This document shows, piece by piece, positions 1 to 11,411 of a stretch of DNA of 64,000 nucleotides. The translations under genes and the position numbers were made by a program. This DNA comes from Macrostomum lignano (lineage: Eukaryota): the NCBI GenBank assembly GCA_002269645.1, contig NIVC01001613.1:56788-120787 (forward strand). The letters are read 5' to 3'. The notes beneath the pieces are model-generated. The model was not told where the DNA came from, ran no database searches, and was given only the letters and a program-made list of their open reading frames with translations. Positions within the stretch are counted from its first letter, which is position 1, and the number at the start of each line of letters is the position of its first letter.

Positions 1-3000
1 TTAACAAGCCAGTGAGTAGCTCCGGGTTCTGCAGTAAGCGGCCTCGCTTAGAGGCACCAGCCACTTTGCCAGCATCGCAGTCTCGGCTGCCACTGCCGAC
101 TCCGGCAGCACCTCCGGCAGCTCGACCGTCAATGAGCAGCTCTTCAAATCAGTCGCTGCTAGGCAGTCCTGTTGTTGAGATGCCCCTGGATCAGGTGTGC
201 ATCGGCAATTCCGCTTTTCAGAAAGTCGACCCGCCGCATAACCTGTTGAAGGTAGGCTAATCAGCGTCAAGGGAATAATTATTGGGGAATCTTTGACAGG
301 GAATTGCCTGGGGAATGTTTAGTGTGTAATTTACCTGGAAAATCTATGATAGGGAATTCACCTGGGGAATCTTTGATGAGGAATTCACCTGGGAACTCTG
401 ATGAGGAATTCAGTCCCTAGGGAATCTTTGTTTGGGAATTCACCTGGGGAATCTTTGATGGGGTATTTACTTGGGAAATCTTTGATGGGGATTCACCTGG
501 GGAATATTTGATTGGTAATTCACTTAGGGAATCTTTGATTGGTAATTCACTTGGGGAATATTTGATTGGTAATTCACTTGGGGAATCTTTGATTGGTAAT
601 TCACTTGGGGAATATTTGATTGGTAATTCACTTGGAGAAACTTTGATTGGTAATTCACTTGGGGAATCTTTAATTGGTAATTCACTTGGGGAATCTTTGA
701 TTGGTAATTCACTTGGGGAATCTTTGATTGGTAATTCACTTGGGGAATATTTGATTGGTAATTCACTTGGGGAATCTTTGATTGGTAATTCACTTGGGGA
801 ATCTTTGATGGGAGATTCACTTGGGGAATCTTTGGGAGATTCACCTGGGCAATCCTTGATGGATAATTCACCTGGGGAATCTTAGGTGGGTAATTCACCA
901 GGGGAATCTTTGATTGGGAATTAACCTGATAGATTTTTGATGGTTAATTCACGTGGGGAATCTTTGATGAGGAATTTACCTGAAAATCTTTAATGAGGAA
1001 CTCACCTGGGGAGTCTTTGATTGGGAATTCACCTGATAGATCTTTGATGGGTAATTCACCAGGGGAATCTTTGATTGGGAATTAACCTGATAGATCTTTG
1101 ATGGGTAATTCACCAGGGGAATCTTTGATGGGTAATTCACCAGGGGAATCTTTGATGGGTAATTCACCAGTGGAATATTTGATGGGTAATTCACCAGGGG
1201 AATCTTTGATGGGTAATTCAATTCACCAGGGGAATCTTTGATGGGTAATTCACCAGTGGAATATTTGATGGGTAATTCACCAGTAGAATATTTGATTGGG
1301 AATTAACCTGATAGATCTTTGATGGGTAATTCACCAGGGGGATCTTTGATGGGTAATTCACCAGAGGAATCTTTCATGAGTAATTCACTAGGGGAATCTT
1401 TGATAAGTAATTCACCAGGGGAATCTTTGATGGGTAATTCAATTCACCAGGGGAATCTTTGATGGGTAATTCACCAGTGGAATATTTGATGGGTAATTCA
1501 CCAGTGGAATATTTGATTGGGAATTAACCTGATAGATCTTTGATGGGTAATTCACCAGGGGGATCTTTGATGGGTAATTCACCAGAGGAATCTTTGATGG
1601 GTAATTCACCAGGGGAATCTTTGATGGGTAATTCACCAGTGGAATATTTGATGGGTAATTCACCAGAGGAATCTTTCATGGGTTATTCACCAGTGGAATA
1701 TTTGATTGGGAATTAACCTGATAGATCTTTGATGGGTAATTCACCAGTGGGATCTTTGATGGGTAATTCACCAGAGGAATCTTTGATGGGTAATTCACCA
1801 GGGGAATCTTTGATGGGTAATTCACCAGTGGAATATTTGATGGGTAATTCACCAGAGGAATCTTTCATGGGTTATTCACCAGGGGAATCTTTGATTGGGA
1901 ATTAACCTGATAGATCTTTGATGGGTAATTCACCGGGGGGATCTTTGATGGTGGATTCACCTATGGAATGCCAATCTGAGCATCTGAATGTATTTCAATA
2001 ATGAATAATTAATTAATCCATCATTTAAGGTCTACCACGGCTTCACCCAGTTCAGTTTTCCTCGATCCAACAACTGCGCCAAGGCGCGTCGCCGGCGTCG
2101 ACGCCGTCGTCGGCAGCAGCGCGGCTTCGATGACGACGATTTTGAAGACGAAGACGACGACGATTTTGCTGATGACGTCATCGATTCAGAAGAAGAAGAC
2201 AACGACTACGACGACATGGCCGACGACGATGACGATGACGATGAAGAAGAGGAGGCTGAAGTAGAGTACGCCCAGATTCACCTGCACCATGCCCAGATCA
2301 GCAAAGTGTCATTCGCCATCGAGCCAACCTGTTTCGTAGCGTTTCGCTTGAAATCGGCAGAGTTCAGTCGGCGAATCTGCTCGGAGGCCGGACTGCAGCC
2401 GGGCACCCTGTCGGCCGCCGAGACCCGCGATTTAGGCAAGAAGTGGATCGTGCTGGTGTCCGATAATGAGCGTGAAGGCGAGCTAAGAAAATTATTTGCA
2501 TTCTATACAGATAAGAAGGCCGAGTCCCAGGCTAAATTTGATTTCGATTTGCAAAACTTGAATAAAGTCTCGGCTAGAGGCATGCTGGATCATTGCCAGC
2601 AGGGATTCTTCAACGAGCTGCTCGGCTTGCCGCAACAACAGGCTTCGGCACCGGCAATGTCTTCAACTTTACAGCGGCTCCACAGCAGCTCCTCAACAGC
2701 TGAGCAGCAATTAGTTGTTCCAGCAATGCATCGTCTGCTTCCGCTGTTGCAACGTCTGCTTCTTCTGCTGCTAAATCTGCCGAACTGTACCAGAAGGTGG
2801 CGAACTCCAATCTGGCTATTGGTCTTCTTGTGCAACAGAAGCACAAGCAGCAGAACTCGTCTGTTGGTAATGGAACTGCGTCCCAACAAATTGACGCCTC
2901 TGCGATTGAGCCATCGTCTCTGCAGGTGAGAAATTAGTTAAGAAAATTGGAAACGATGACTCAGTGGTGGGAGGCAACTGAAGACTCAGTGGGAGGGAAC

Positions 3001-6000
3001 TGAAGACTCTGTGGGAGGGAACTGAAGACTGTGGGAGGGAACTGAAGACTGTGGGAGGGAACTGAAGACTGTGGGAGGGAATTGAAGACTCAGTAGGAGG
3101 GAACTGGAGACTCAGTAGGAAGGAACTAAAGAATCTGTGGGAGGGAACTAAAGAATCTGTGGGAGGGAACTAAAGAATCTGTGGGAGGGAACTAAAGAAT
3201 CTGTGGGTGGGAACTGAAGAATCTGTGGGAGGGAACTAAAGAATCTGTGGAAGGGAACTGAAGAATCTGTGGAAGGGAACTGAGGACTGTGTGGAAGGGA
3301 ACTGAAGACTGTGTGGAGGGAACAGGACTCTGGATTACCCTAACGAAATTGTTTCAGAGCGAGTCGTCTCAGGAGCAGCGCCAGTTGTCAACAGCAACAT
3401 CAGCATCGGCCCCGACATCGTCAGGAGCCGCTGACACAACCACCTCGAGCAGCAACAGCAAGCCGCCGCCCCGCCTCACTGGTCAGGTTATTGAGAAGTT
3501 CAGCTACTCACCTGGCGGCACAAACGGCATAACAATCACGAACGCGGATCTGATGTGCCTAAACCCGTGCGAGTACCTGAACGACGTGGCAATAGATTTC
3601 TATTTAAAGTACATGTACCACGAGATGCTAACGCCGGAACAACGCAAGAGTACGCACATATTTAATTGTTTCTTTTTTAAACGGCTCAGTCAGAAACTGG
3701 ACCCGCCGCCTGGGAAAGACGAATCAGCCGCTTCCTTGGCTATCCGTCGGCACGAGACAGTTGCCAAGTGGACTAGAAAAGTTGATTTATTCACTAAGGA
3801 CTTTATTCTGATTCCTATCAATGAGAATTGTCATTGGTTCTTAGCCGTCATCTGCTTTCCCTGGATGGTTGGCATGGTGAATTATACAGGCAGCGCTGAG
3901 GCTCAAGTCAACAGCTTGCTGCCGTTCGACGTTCGAATGGCCAGCGACGGCACGCTTAGAATGCCGTGCGTGCTCATGTTCGACAGCTTGATGGGCAGCA
4001 CCCGAAGTCCGAACGTGCTGGCTATTAGAGAGTGAGTCACGTGACATTGTGTGTTCTTGCTCGGAGCTTGCTTGGTCACTATAACAGCTGTTGCAGTGTC
4101 TGGGTTGGGGCTGTTCAGGTGCCTGAGTGGGGGCTGTTGCAGTGTCTGAGTGGGGGCTGTTGCAGTGTCTGAGTGGGGGCTGTTGCAGTGTCTGGGTTGG
4201 GGCTGTTCAGGTGCCTGAGTGGGGGCTGTTGCAGTGTCTGAGTGCGGGCTGTTGCAGTGTCTGGGTTGGAGCTGTTGCAGTGTATGAGTGGGGGCTGTTG
4301 CAGTGTCTGAGTGGGGGCTGTTGCAGTGTCTGGGTTGGGGCTGTTCAGGTGCCTGAGTGGGGCTGTTGCAGTGTCTGAGTGGGGGCTGTTGCAGTGTCTG
4401 GGTTGGGGCTGTTCAGGTGCCTGAGTGGGGGCTGTTGCAGTGTCTGAGTGGGGGCTGTTGCAGTGTCTGGGTTGGGGCTGTTCACGTGCCTGAGTGGGGG
4501 CTGTTGCAGTGTCTGAGTGGGGGCTGTTGCAGTGTCTGGGTTGGAGCTGTTGCAGTGTCTGAGTGGGGGCTGTTGCAGTGTCTGAGTGGGGCTATTGCAG
4601 TGTCTGAGTGGGGGCTGTTGCAGTGTCTGGGTTAGAGCTGTTGCAGTGTCTGAGTGGGGGCTGTTGCAGTGTCTGAGTGGGGGCTGTTGCAGTGTCTGAG
4701 TGGGGGCTGTTGCAGTGTCTGGGTTAGAGCTGTTGCAGTGTCTGAGTGGGGGCTGTTGCAGTGTCTGAGTGGGGGCTGTTGCAGTGTCTGAGTGGGGCTG
4801 TTGCAGTGTCTGAGTGGGGGCTGTTGCAGTGTCTGAGTGGGGGCTGTTGCAGTGTCTGAGTGGGGGCTGTTGCAGTGTCTGGGTTAGAGCTGTTGCAGTG
4901 TCTGAGTGGGGGCTGTTGCAGTGTCTGGGTTGGAGCTGTTGCAGTGTATGAGTGAGGGCTGTTGCAGTGTCTGGGTTAGAGCTGTTGCAGTGTCTGAGTG
5001 GGGGCTGTTGCAGTGTCTGAGTGGGGGCTGTTGCAGTGTCTGAGTGGGGGCTGTTGCAGTGTCTGAGTGGGGGCTGTTGCAGTGTCTGGGTTAGAGCTGT
5101 TGCAGTGTCTGAGTGGGGGCTGTTGCAGTGTCTGAGTGGGGGCTGTTGCAGTGTCTGAGTGGGGGCTGTTGCAGTGTCTGAGTGGGGGCTGTTGCAGTGT
5201 CTGAGTGGGGGCTGTTGCAGTGTCTGGGTTAGAGCTGTTGCAGTGTCTGAGTGGGGGCTGTTGCAGTGTCTGGGTTGGAGCTGTTGCAGTGTATGAGTGA
5301 GGGCTGTTGCAGTGTCTGGGTTAGAGCTGTTGCAGTGTCTGAGTGGGGGCTGTTGCAGTGTCTGAGTGGGGGCTGTTGCAGTGTCTGAGTGGGGGCTGTT
5401 GCAGTGTCTGGGTTAGAGCTGTTGCAGTGTCTGAGTGGGGCTGTTGCAGTGTCTGGGTTAGAGCTGTTGCAGTGTCTGAGTGGGGCTGTTGCAGTGTCTG
5501 AGTTAGGGCTGTTTCAGCGGTTGATTGCAGTATCAATTCGAAACGTATTCAGTAAAAGTTAATTTGATTAATAAATCATTCAATCAAGATACCTGCAAGT
5601 CGAATGGGACATCAAAAAGAGATCAATGAAAGGTCCCAAAGTATTCGACAAGGAGACAATACGCGGCTATTGTCCGTGTGTGCCGCTGCAGCCCAACACT
5701 GTGGACTGCGGGCCGTACGTGCTGCACTACGCTGAGCTGTTTTTCAAACGGCCAGTTCGCGAGTTTACGCGCAACTATTTCCAGCTGGAGATGAGCAGCT
5801 GGTTTCGACAGGAAGAGATTAATCATAAACGGGCAGAGATACAGGTATATTTTTGTTGTGTGGACTGTCTTCTGTGAGATTTACATGTATGTATGCCTGT
5901 TTTGGGTGTCCATGGCTCAGACAAGAAGGGTGTCCATGGCTCACTCAGTTTGGGTGTCCATGGCTCAAACAAGAAAGGTGTCCATGGCTCACTCAGTTTG

Positions 6001-6668
6001 GGTGTCCATGGCTCAGACAAAAAAGGTGTCCATGGCGAACAGGATGTGTGCATGGCCCAGTTAGGATGGGTGTCCATGGCCAATTTAAGATAGTTGTCAA
6101 TGGCCCAGTTAAGATAGGTGTCCATGGCCAATTTAAGATAGTTGTCAATGGCCCAGTTAAGATAGGTGTCAATGGCCCAGTTAAGATAGGTGTCCATGGC
6201 CCAGTTAAGATAGGTGTCCATGGCCCAGTTAAGATAGGTGTCCATGGCCCAGTTAAGATAGGTGTCCATGGCCCAGTTAAGATAAGTGTCCATGGCCCAG
6301 TTAAGATAGGTGTCCATGGCCCAGTTAAGATAGGTGTCCATGGCCCAGTTAAGATAGGTGTCCATGGCCCAGTTAAGATAGGTGTCCATGGCCCAGTTAA
6401 GATAGGTGTCCATGGCCCAGTTAAGATAGGTGTCCATGGCCCAGATAAGATAGGTGTCCATGTCTCAGTTAAGATAGGTGTCCATGGCCCATACAAGGAA
6501 GTCCATAACTCCACGCCCCCAAATCCGATCGCGCAGGACCTCATCGTGAGCCTAGCCAGGAAGAACAATGCCCTGGGCCCAGACGCGGCCGCTGCACTTG
6601 CCGCAGCTGCCGGTAACTCTGACGGCTCGTCCGTTGGCGGCTCTGCTTCGTCTTCGTTCTGCGCATAG
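1..6668 (+). CDS. SENP6/7: Sentrin/SUMO-specific protease, SENP6/SENP7-like (Ulp1/C48 peptidase), 5'-partial, multi-exon
   Basis: Exons <1-251, 2030-2925, 3358-4031, 5589-5844 and 6537-6668, all with GT-AG boundaries. Phases match except for a frame change inside exon 2030-2925 (see findings). C48 motifs: EYLNDVAIDFYLKY, THIFNCFFFKRL, DFILIPINENCHWFLAVIC (catalytic His), LMFDS (Asp), REYLQVEW spanning a junction, and QPNTVDCG (Cys). An Arg9 run followed by an acidic tract lies at about 2090-2260. Confidence 0.9.
290..1960. repeat. ~27-bp minisatellite filling SENP intron (unit ~ATTGGTAATTCACTTGGGGAATCTTTG)
   Basis: Direct tandem repeats visible in the sequence. They account for the LIGNSLGES and NYPSKIP pseudo-ORFs. 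Confidence 0.95.
2955..3325. repeat. ~20-22-bp minisatellite in SENP intron (GTGGGAGGGAACTGAAGACT)
   Basis: Tandem copies between the donor at 2926 and the acceptor at 3357. Confidence 0.9.
4088..5515. repeat. 23-bp minisatellite in SENP intron (CTGTTGCAGTGTCTGAGTGGGGG)
   Basis: Tandem copies filling intron 4032-5588. Confidence 0.95.
5903..6490. repeat. 24-bp minisatellite in last SENP intron (TGTCCATGGCCCAGTTAAGATAGG)
   Basis: Tandem copies. Source of the MDTYLNWA and GVHGPVKI pseudo-ORFs. Confidence 0.95.
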
Positions 6669-7694
6669 ATAGTGCATCACCTTCAACTGGTTGATTGATT
6701 GATAGATCGAATTCCCACTTTCAATTTGCAAAAACAAACATGGCCTTGCCTTGAAGTTTGTATTTAAATTTGTTTATCCTTTAATTGGTTTTCCTTATAA
6801 ATTTGTGCTGTAAATTAGTCTGGCATGTTGTAAATGTATATTTCAATTTCAAATAATTTACTTCTAATGTAATTATCCTCCTGTTCAATTAATAAATAAG
6901 TTTGTATACGGCAATCTTATCTTGTGTCTGATGCTCTACTGCTCATTGCTATTTATCAGTTATTTATTTAAATAAGAATCAGTCAGTCAGCACTCGTACT
7001 GGCTCATTCGTTCAATCGCGAATAGTAGCATTTAATACATTTAGCTGAGAGATTTACGAGTAATTCAAGCCTAAAAAACGCTAACATATTATTTAATTAA
7101 TAATTCTTTTAGTTTTAGGAAGATATAATAAATATGTATATATCAGGTTTTTCGGTTATATTCTTTGCTTGAGTATTTGTCCTGCTTAACTACTACTAGT
7201 ACTGTAAGATGCGTAATTATTAGTATCATCTGTTCTGCCTCCTTTGTGTCTATTGATTTTTTCTGTGCTGTCTGTCAATTCGTCATTTTCCTAACCTGAG
7301 CTGCTTAGCGCGTGCGTGTAGTGTATGTACATTGTGTATTGTCTATAAATGGGGTGATGTTAATTTTTTTAAATAATAATTTTACATAAAAATACTCTTT
7401 ATTGAACCTTGCTGCTTTCGATGCGATGGCTTTGCATTGAATTTAGTTATAATTTCGAAAAAGATTTGTGTGTAATAATTTTTATTAGTAAATTCTATTA
7501 TGTCCGCGCATTTTTTAAAAACAATAGGAAGAGTTGGATGGATAGGTAGATAGATTCATTCATTCATGGATAAGTATATGGTATCACCCCATGTATTCAT
7601 TTATTTGGTCGACAGAGTGGCTGAGGGCTGCATTTATTGGCCGGGGCGAAGCCTGGCCGGATAAATTAACCATAGACTACAACCTCGAGGGGGT

Positions 7695-7803
7695 AAATCG
7701 ATAGATGGATAGATAGATAGATAAATAGATAGATAGATAGATAGGTAGACAGATAGATAGATAGATAGATAGATAGAAGATAGATAGATAGATAGATAGA
7801 TAG

Positions 7804-7845
<42 letters not shown>

Positions 7846-7846
7846 C

Positions 7847-7931
<85 letters not shown>

Positions 7932-7952
7932 AGATAGATAGATAGATAGAAA

Positions 7953-8012
<60 letters not shown>

Positions 8013-8140
8013 ATAGATGGATAGATAGATAGACAGATAGATAGATAGATGGATAGATAGATGGATAGATAGACAGATAGATAAATAAATAGATAGATAG
8101 ATGGATAGATAGATGGATAGATAAATAGATAGATAGACAG
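7695..8140. repeat. (GATA)n microsatellite
   Basis: About 450 bp of AGAT repeats between the convergent SENP and calmodulin-like genes. Confidence 0.97.
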
Positions 8141-8340
8141 ATATTACTCGTCATCAAAGCACTAAAAATGGCGATTGCCGATATTAATTCATATCTATAT
8201 TTGAAGGCCAGTATATTTACACAGGAAAATCATGTCAATTTAAAGAGAAATGTTATGCTAATATGCTATTACATATTTGATCTGATTTGATAAATTATTT
8301 GTTTTTAACGAGTCCATCTTTCGAGTCGTCAAGTTCAGTT

Positions 8341-8793
8341 TCACTTCTTGCCGCCCATCAGCTGGGTGAACTCCTCAAAGTTGATCAGCCCGTCGCCATC
8401 GATGTCGCCGGCTTTGATCATCTGTCTGACCTCTTCGTCCGTCAGATTCTCGCCGATGTGCTTCATCATCGATTTGAGCTCTTCAAAATCGATCTGACCA
8501 TCCTTGTTGGTGTCGAACGCGTTGAACACGTCGCGAATCTCTTTGGCCTCGTCCTGAGTTCGATACCGGCTGATCATGGTCAGGAACTCGGGGAACTCGA
8601 TGGCCCCATTGCGGTCTCTGTCCACCATTTCGATCATCTCCTCCAGCGACTCCGGGCCGATTTCCTTGATGCCCAGTTTGTTAAACAACATGCCCAACTC
8701 TTTTGAGGAGATTGAGCCGTCCTGGTCTGTGTCAATCAGGTCGAACACCTGCTTGTAGTGGACCAGATCGTCTGTGCTCAACTTTCCAGCCAT
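8341..8793 (-). CDS. Calmodulin-like protein, four EF-hands, 150 aa, intronless CDS
   Basis: EF loops DTDQDGSISSKE, DRDRNGAIEFPE, DTNKDGQIDFEE and DIDGDGLINFEE. The C-terminal half aligns to calmodulin (GENLTDEEVRQMI vs GEKLTDEEVDEMI). A probable 5'UTR intron spans 8795-8888. Confidence 0.92.
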   Translation of the reverse strand: MAGKLSTDDLVHYKQVFDLIDTDQDGSISSKELGMLFNKLGIKEIGPESLEEMIEMVDRDRNGAIEFPEFLTMISRYRTQDEAKEIRDVFNAFDTNKDGQIDFEELKSMMKHIGENLTDEEVRQMIKAGDIDGDGLINFEEFTQLMGGKK

Positions 8794-9399
8794 GCTGTTT
8801 AATTGATGCCAGAGAATTTGCTTCGCGAATCAACCTAAACTTTGTCATTTAGACTTCTTCGCGTTGAGGCATTTAAACAACTCAATACCTGTCAGCTCAA
8901 GCCCGCGAAAGCTCTGAGATAAGATAAAAAGAAGATCGAAAATTGTTCCATTTTGCGCGCTCGTTCGATCAATGACCCCGTGGCAACTGAATTAGCAATT
9001 GATTCTATTAACCGTTTTCTTTCAAACTCTCGTTCGACTGCTATCTTGAATCTGCTTATCGATTTTGTTGCAGTTCTAAAAATAGTCTGGCTCGAGCGTA
9101 AATCGACTTTTCTAGTCTTGTGTGCTTGGCTTCTAAATGTCTACTTGTTTAGTGTGATACCGCATAAACAGCACCTGTGTTTTGACTGATTTATAAATAG
9201 TTTATTTTTCATGAATTCTTGTCTTATCCTTCAAGCTGCTTTAGAGTTTAATTTACATTGACTATTTTCAATAGATTTTACCGACACAACCTACAAGTAT
9301 ATGCACATGTCCATGCACATCTACTTAGTTCTCCTGATTAAGTTAACTTGAAAATTATGTTTATTAGCTTCAAAATAATAGCAGTATCCCTTCAAATGA

Positions 9400-9790
9400 C
9401 CCGCCATAACCTTGAATGATATGGCAACCTCTTAAAATGGCAACCCCCCAAGTGACATGGCACCCCCCTCCAAATGACATTACATCCCCTCAAATAACAT
9501 GACATCCCATCAAGTGTTATGACATCCTCTCAAATGACATGGCATCCCATCAAATGTTATGACATCCTCAAATGACATGGCATCCCATCAAATGTTATGA
9601 CATCCTCAAATGACATGGCATCCCATCAAATGTTATGACATCCTCAAATGACATGGCATCCCATCAAATGTTATGACATCCTCAAATGACATGGCATCCC
9701 ATCAAATGTTATGACATCCTCAAATGACATGGCATCCCATCAAGTGTTATGACATCCTCTCAAATGACATGGCATCCCTTGGCATGGCAT
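9400..9790. repeat. 38-bp minisatellite (CAAATGACATGGCATCCCATCAAATGTTATGACATCCT)
   Basis: Period of 38 seen at 9541/9579. Degenerate at both ends. Confidence 0.9.
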
Positions 9791-10589
9791 CAAAGCTTAC
9801 TCGATCGGACAAATACCAGAGTGTAGTTTTATCGATGCCCCTAACTTCAGAAAGTCACAAAGCTTCTTCGTGACCAAAAACATTGATGACTAAGATCCAA
9901 AGCAGTTATAGAATATTGTCATAAAAAATTGACTCATTCAAACTGCAGACAACAATAGAAGTGGCATATTGTTGCGATGCAGATCATGCAGACTAGTGTA
10001 GTTAGGAGTTTTTTCTTCGTTTAAAGGGTTTCGTGCGCTTTTGCAAAGAAAAGGTGCTCAATGCCAGCTCTATTCATGCTGTTATGAAAAAACTTTGATT
10101 GACTTCAACTAAACTGATTTGAATAGCTGTGGCACGACTCCGCCCAAAACATATTAATATAGTAGCTGGAAATTGCAAATATTCACACCCTATCATATAT
10201 AGTGTTTAAAGTACAAGCACATGGTCAAACAGTAAAAGCTACCTACACACGGTAAAACTCTAATTCCCTTGCAATGATCTGTGCAATCATAGGACAGCTT
10301 GTATTTCAAGTATCGATATCTACTTTTATGAACCACTCGTGGATCGATATGCCGAATGCAGTTCCTGTACCTGTATGTACAGGCAGTTTATATGATTACA
10401 CTCCTTTCCCAATGAAGAAGATCAAATGTACCAATATGATGGACAGCTGTGTCCTTGGGCAAACACTTTGTTGGAAATGTGTGAAGCATTGATAACTTGA
10501 CTTATTGCTCTTGCAGTTTATAGCATCCTATTCCAATGTGTCCGTTAGGTTAATCAAAAAAAATCTTTTTAAAATTTTCTCAAGCATCC

Positions 10590-11310
10590 CATAGTATACT
10601 TAACCCCCCAGTCACCCACCTCACTCCCTGCCCCAGCCCCATAGCATGTTTAACCCCCCCCCAGTCACCCACCTCACTCCCTGCCCCCAGCCCATAGCAT
10701 GTTGAACATCCCCAATCACCCACCTCACTCCCTGCCCCAGTCCCATAGCATGTTTAACCCCCCCCCAGTCACCCATCTCACTCCCTGCCCCCAGCCCATA
10801 GCATGTTGAACACCCCCAATCACCCACCTCACTCCCTGCCCCAGTCCCATAGAATGTTTAACCCCCCAGTCACCCAACTCACTCCCTGCCCCAGCCCATA
10901 GCATGTTGAACACCCCAATCACCCACCTCACTCCCTGCCCCAGCCCCATAGCATGTTTAACCCCCCCAGTCACCCATCTCACTCCCTGCCCCCAGCCCAT
11001 AGCATGTTGAACACCCCAATCACCCACCTCACTCCCTGCCCCAGCCCCATAGCATGTTTAACCCCCCCCCCCCCAGTCACCCATCTCACTCCCTGCCCCC
11101 AGCCCATAGCATGTTGAACACCCCCAATCACCCACCTCACTCCCTGCCCCAGCCCCATAGCATGTTTAACCCCCCCCCAGTCACCCATCTCACTCCCTGC
11201 CCCCAGCCCATAGCATGTTGAACACCCCCAATCACCCACCTCACTCCCTGCCCCCAACCCCATAGCATGTTTAAACCCCCCCGTAGTCACCCACCTCAAT
11301 CCTTCCCGCC
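10590..11310. repeat. C-rich ~52-bp minisatellite with two alternating subunit types (~104-bp dimer)
   Basis: TCACTCCCTGCCCC-AGCCCATAGCATGTT core, alternating TTTAACCCCC-CAGTC and TTGAACACCCC-AATC variants. Confidence 0.9.
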
Positions 11311-11355
11311 AACCGCATCGGATGTAATTATCTCTGCTCCTAATTAAATACAAAA

Positions 11356-11378
11356 TCTCTACCTATAAAAATCAAAAC

Positions 11379-11411
<33 letters not shown>

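Noticed and set aside
508-1663. Periodic ORFs (LIGNSLGES, NYPSKIP) and similar ones at 5823-6668, 19581-19991, 22343-22768, 29577-30532, 32502-33087, 41896-42410, 49038-49669 and 53199-54017
   Set aside because: They are translations of tandem arrays, often open in several frames and on both strands, and lie within introns or UTR-side DNA defined by flanking exons.
7639-7658. GGC-GAA-GCC mini-hairpin resembling a Helitron terminator
   Set aside because: No CTRR end at the expected distance and no 5' end or second copy was found.
8794-8890. Acceptor sites immediately before ATGs (calmodulin-like 8795, orphan gene 21625, PAN gene 61851) as evidence of SL trans-splicing
   Set aside because: Each has a good upstream cis donor (8888, 20431, 62057), so ordinary 5'UTR introns are sufficient.
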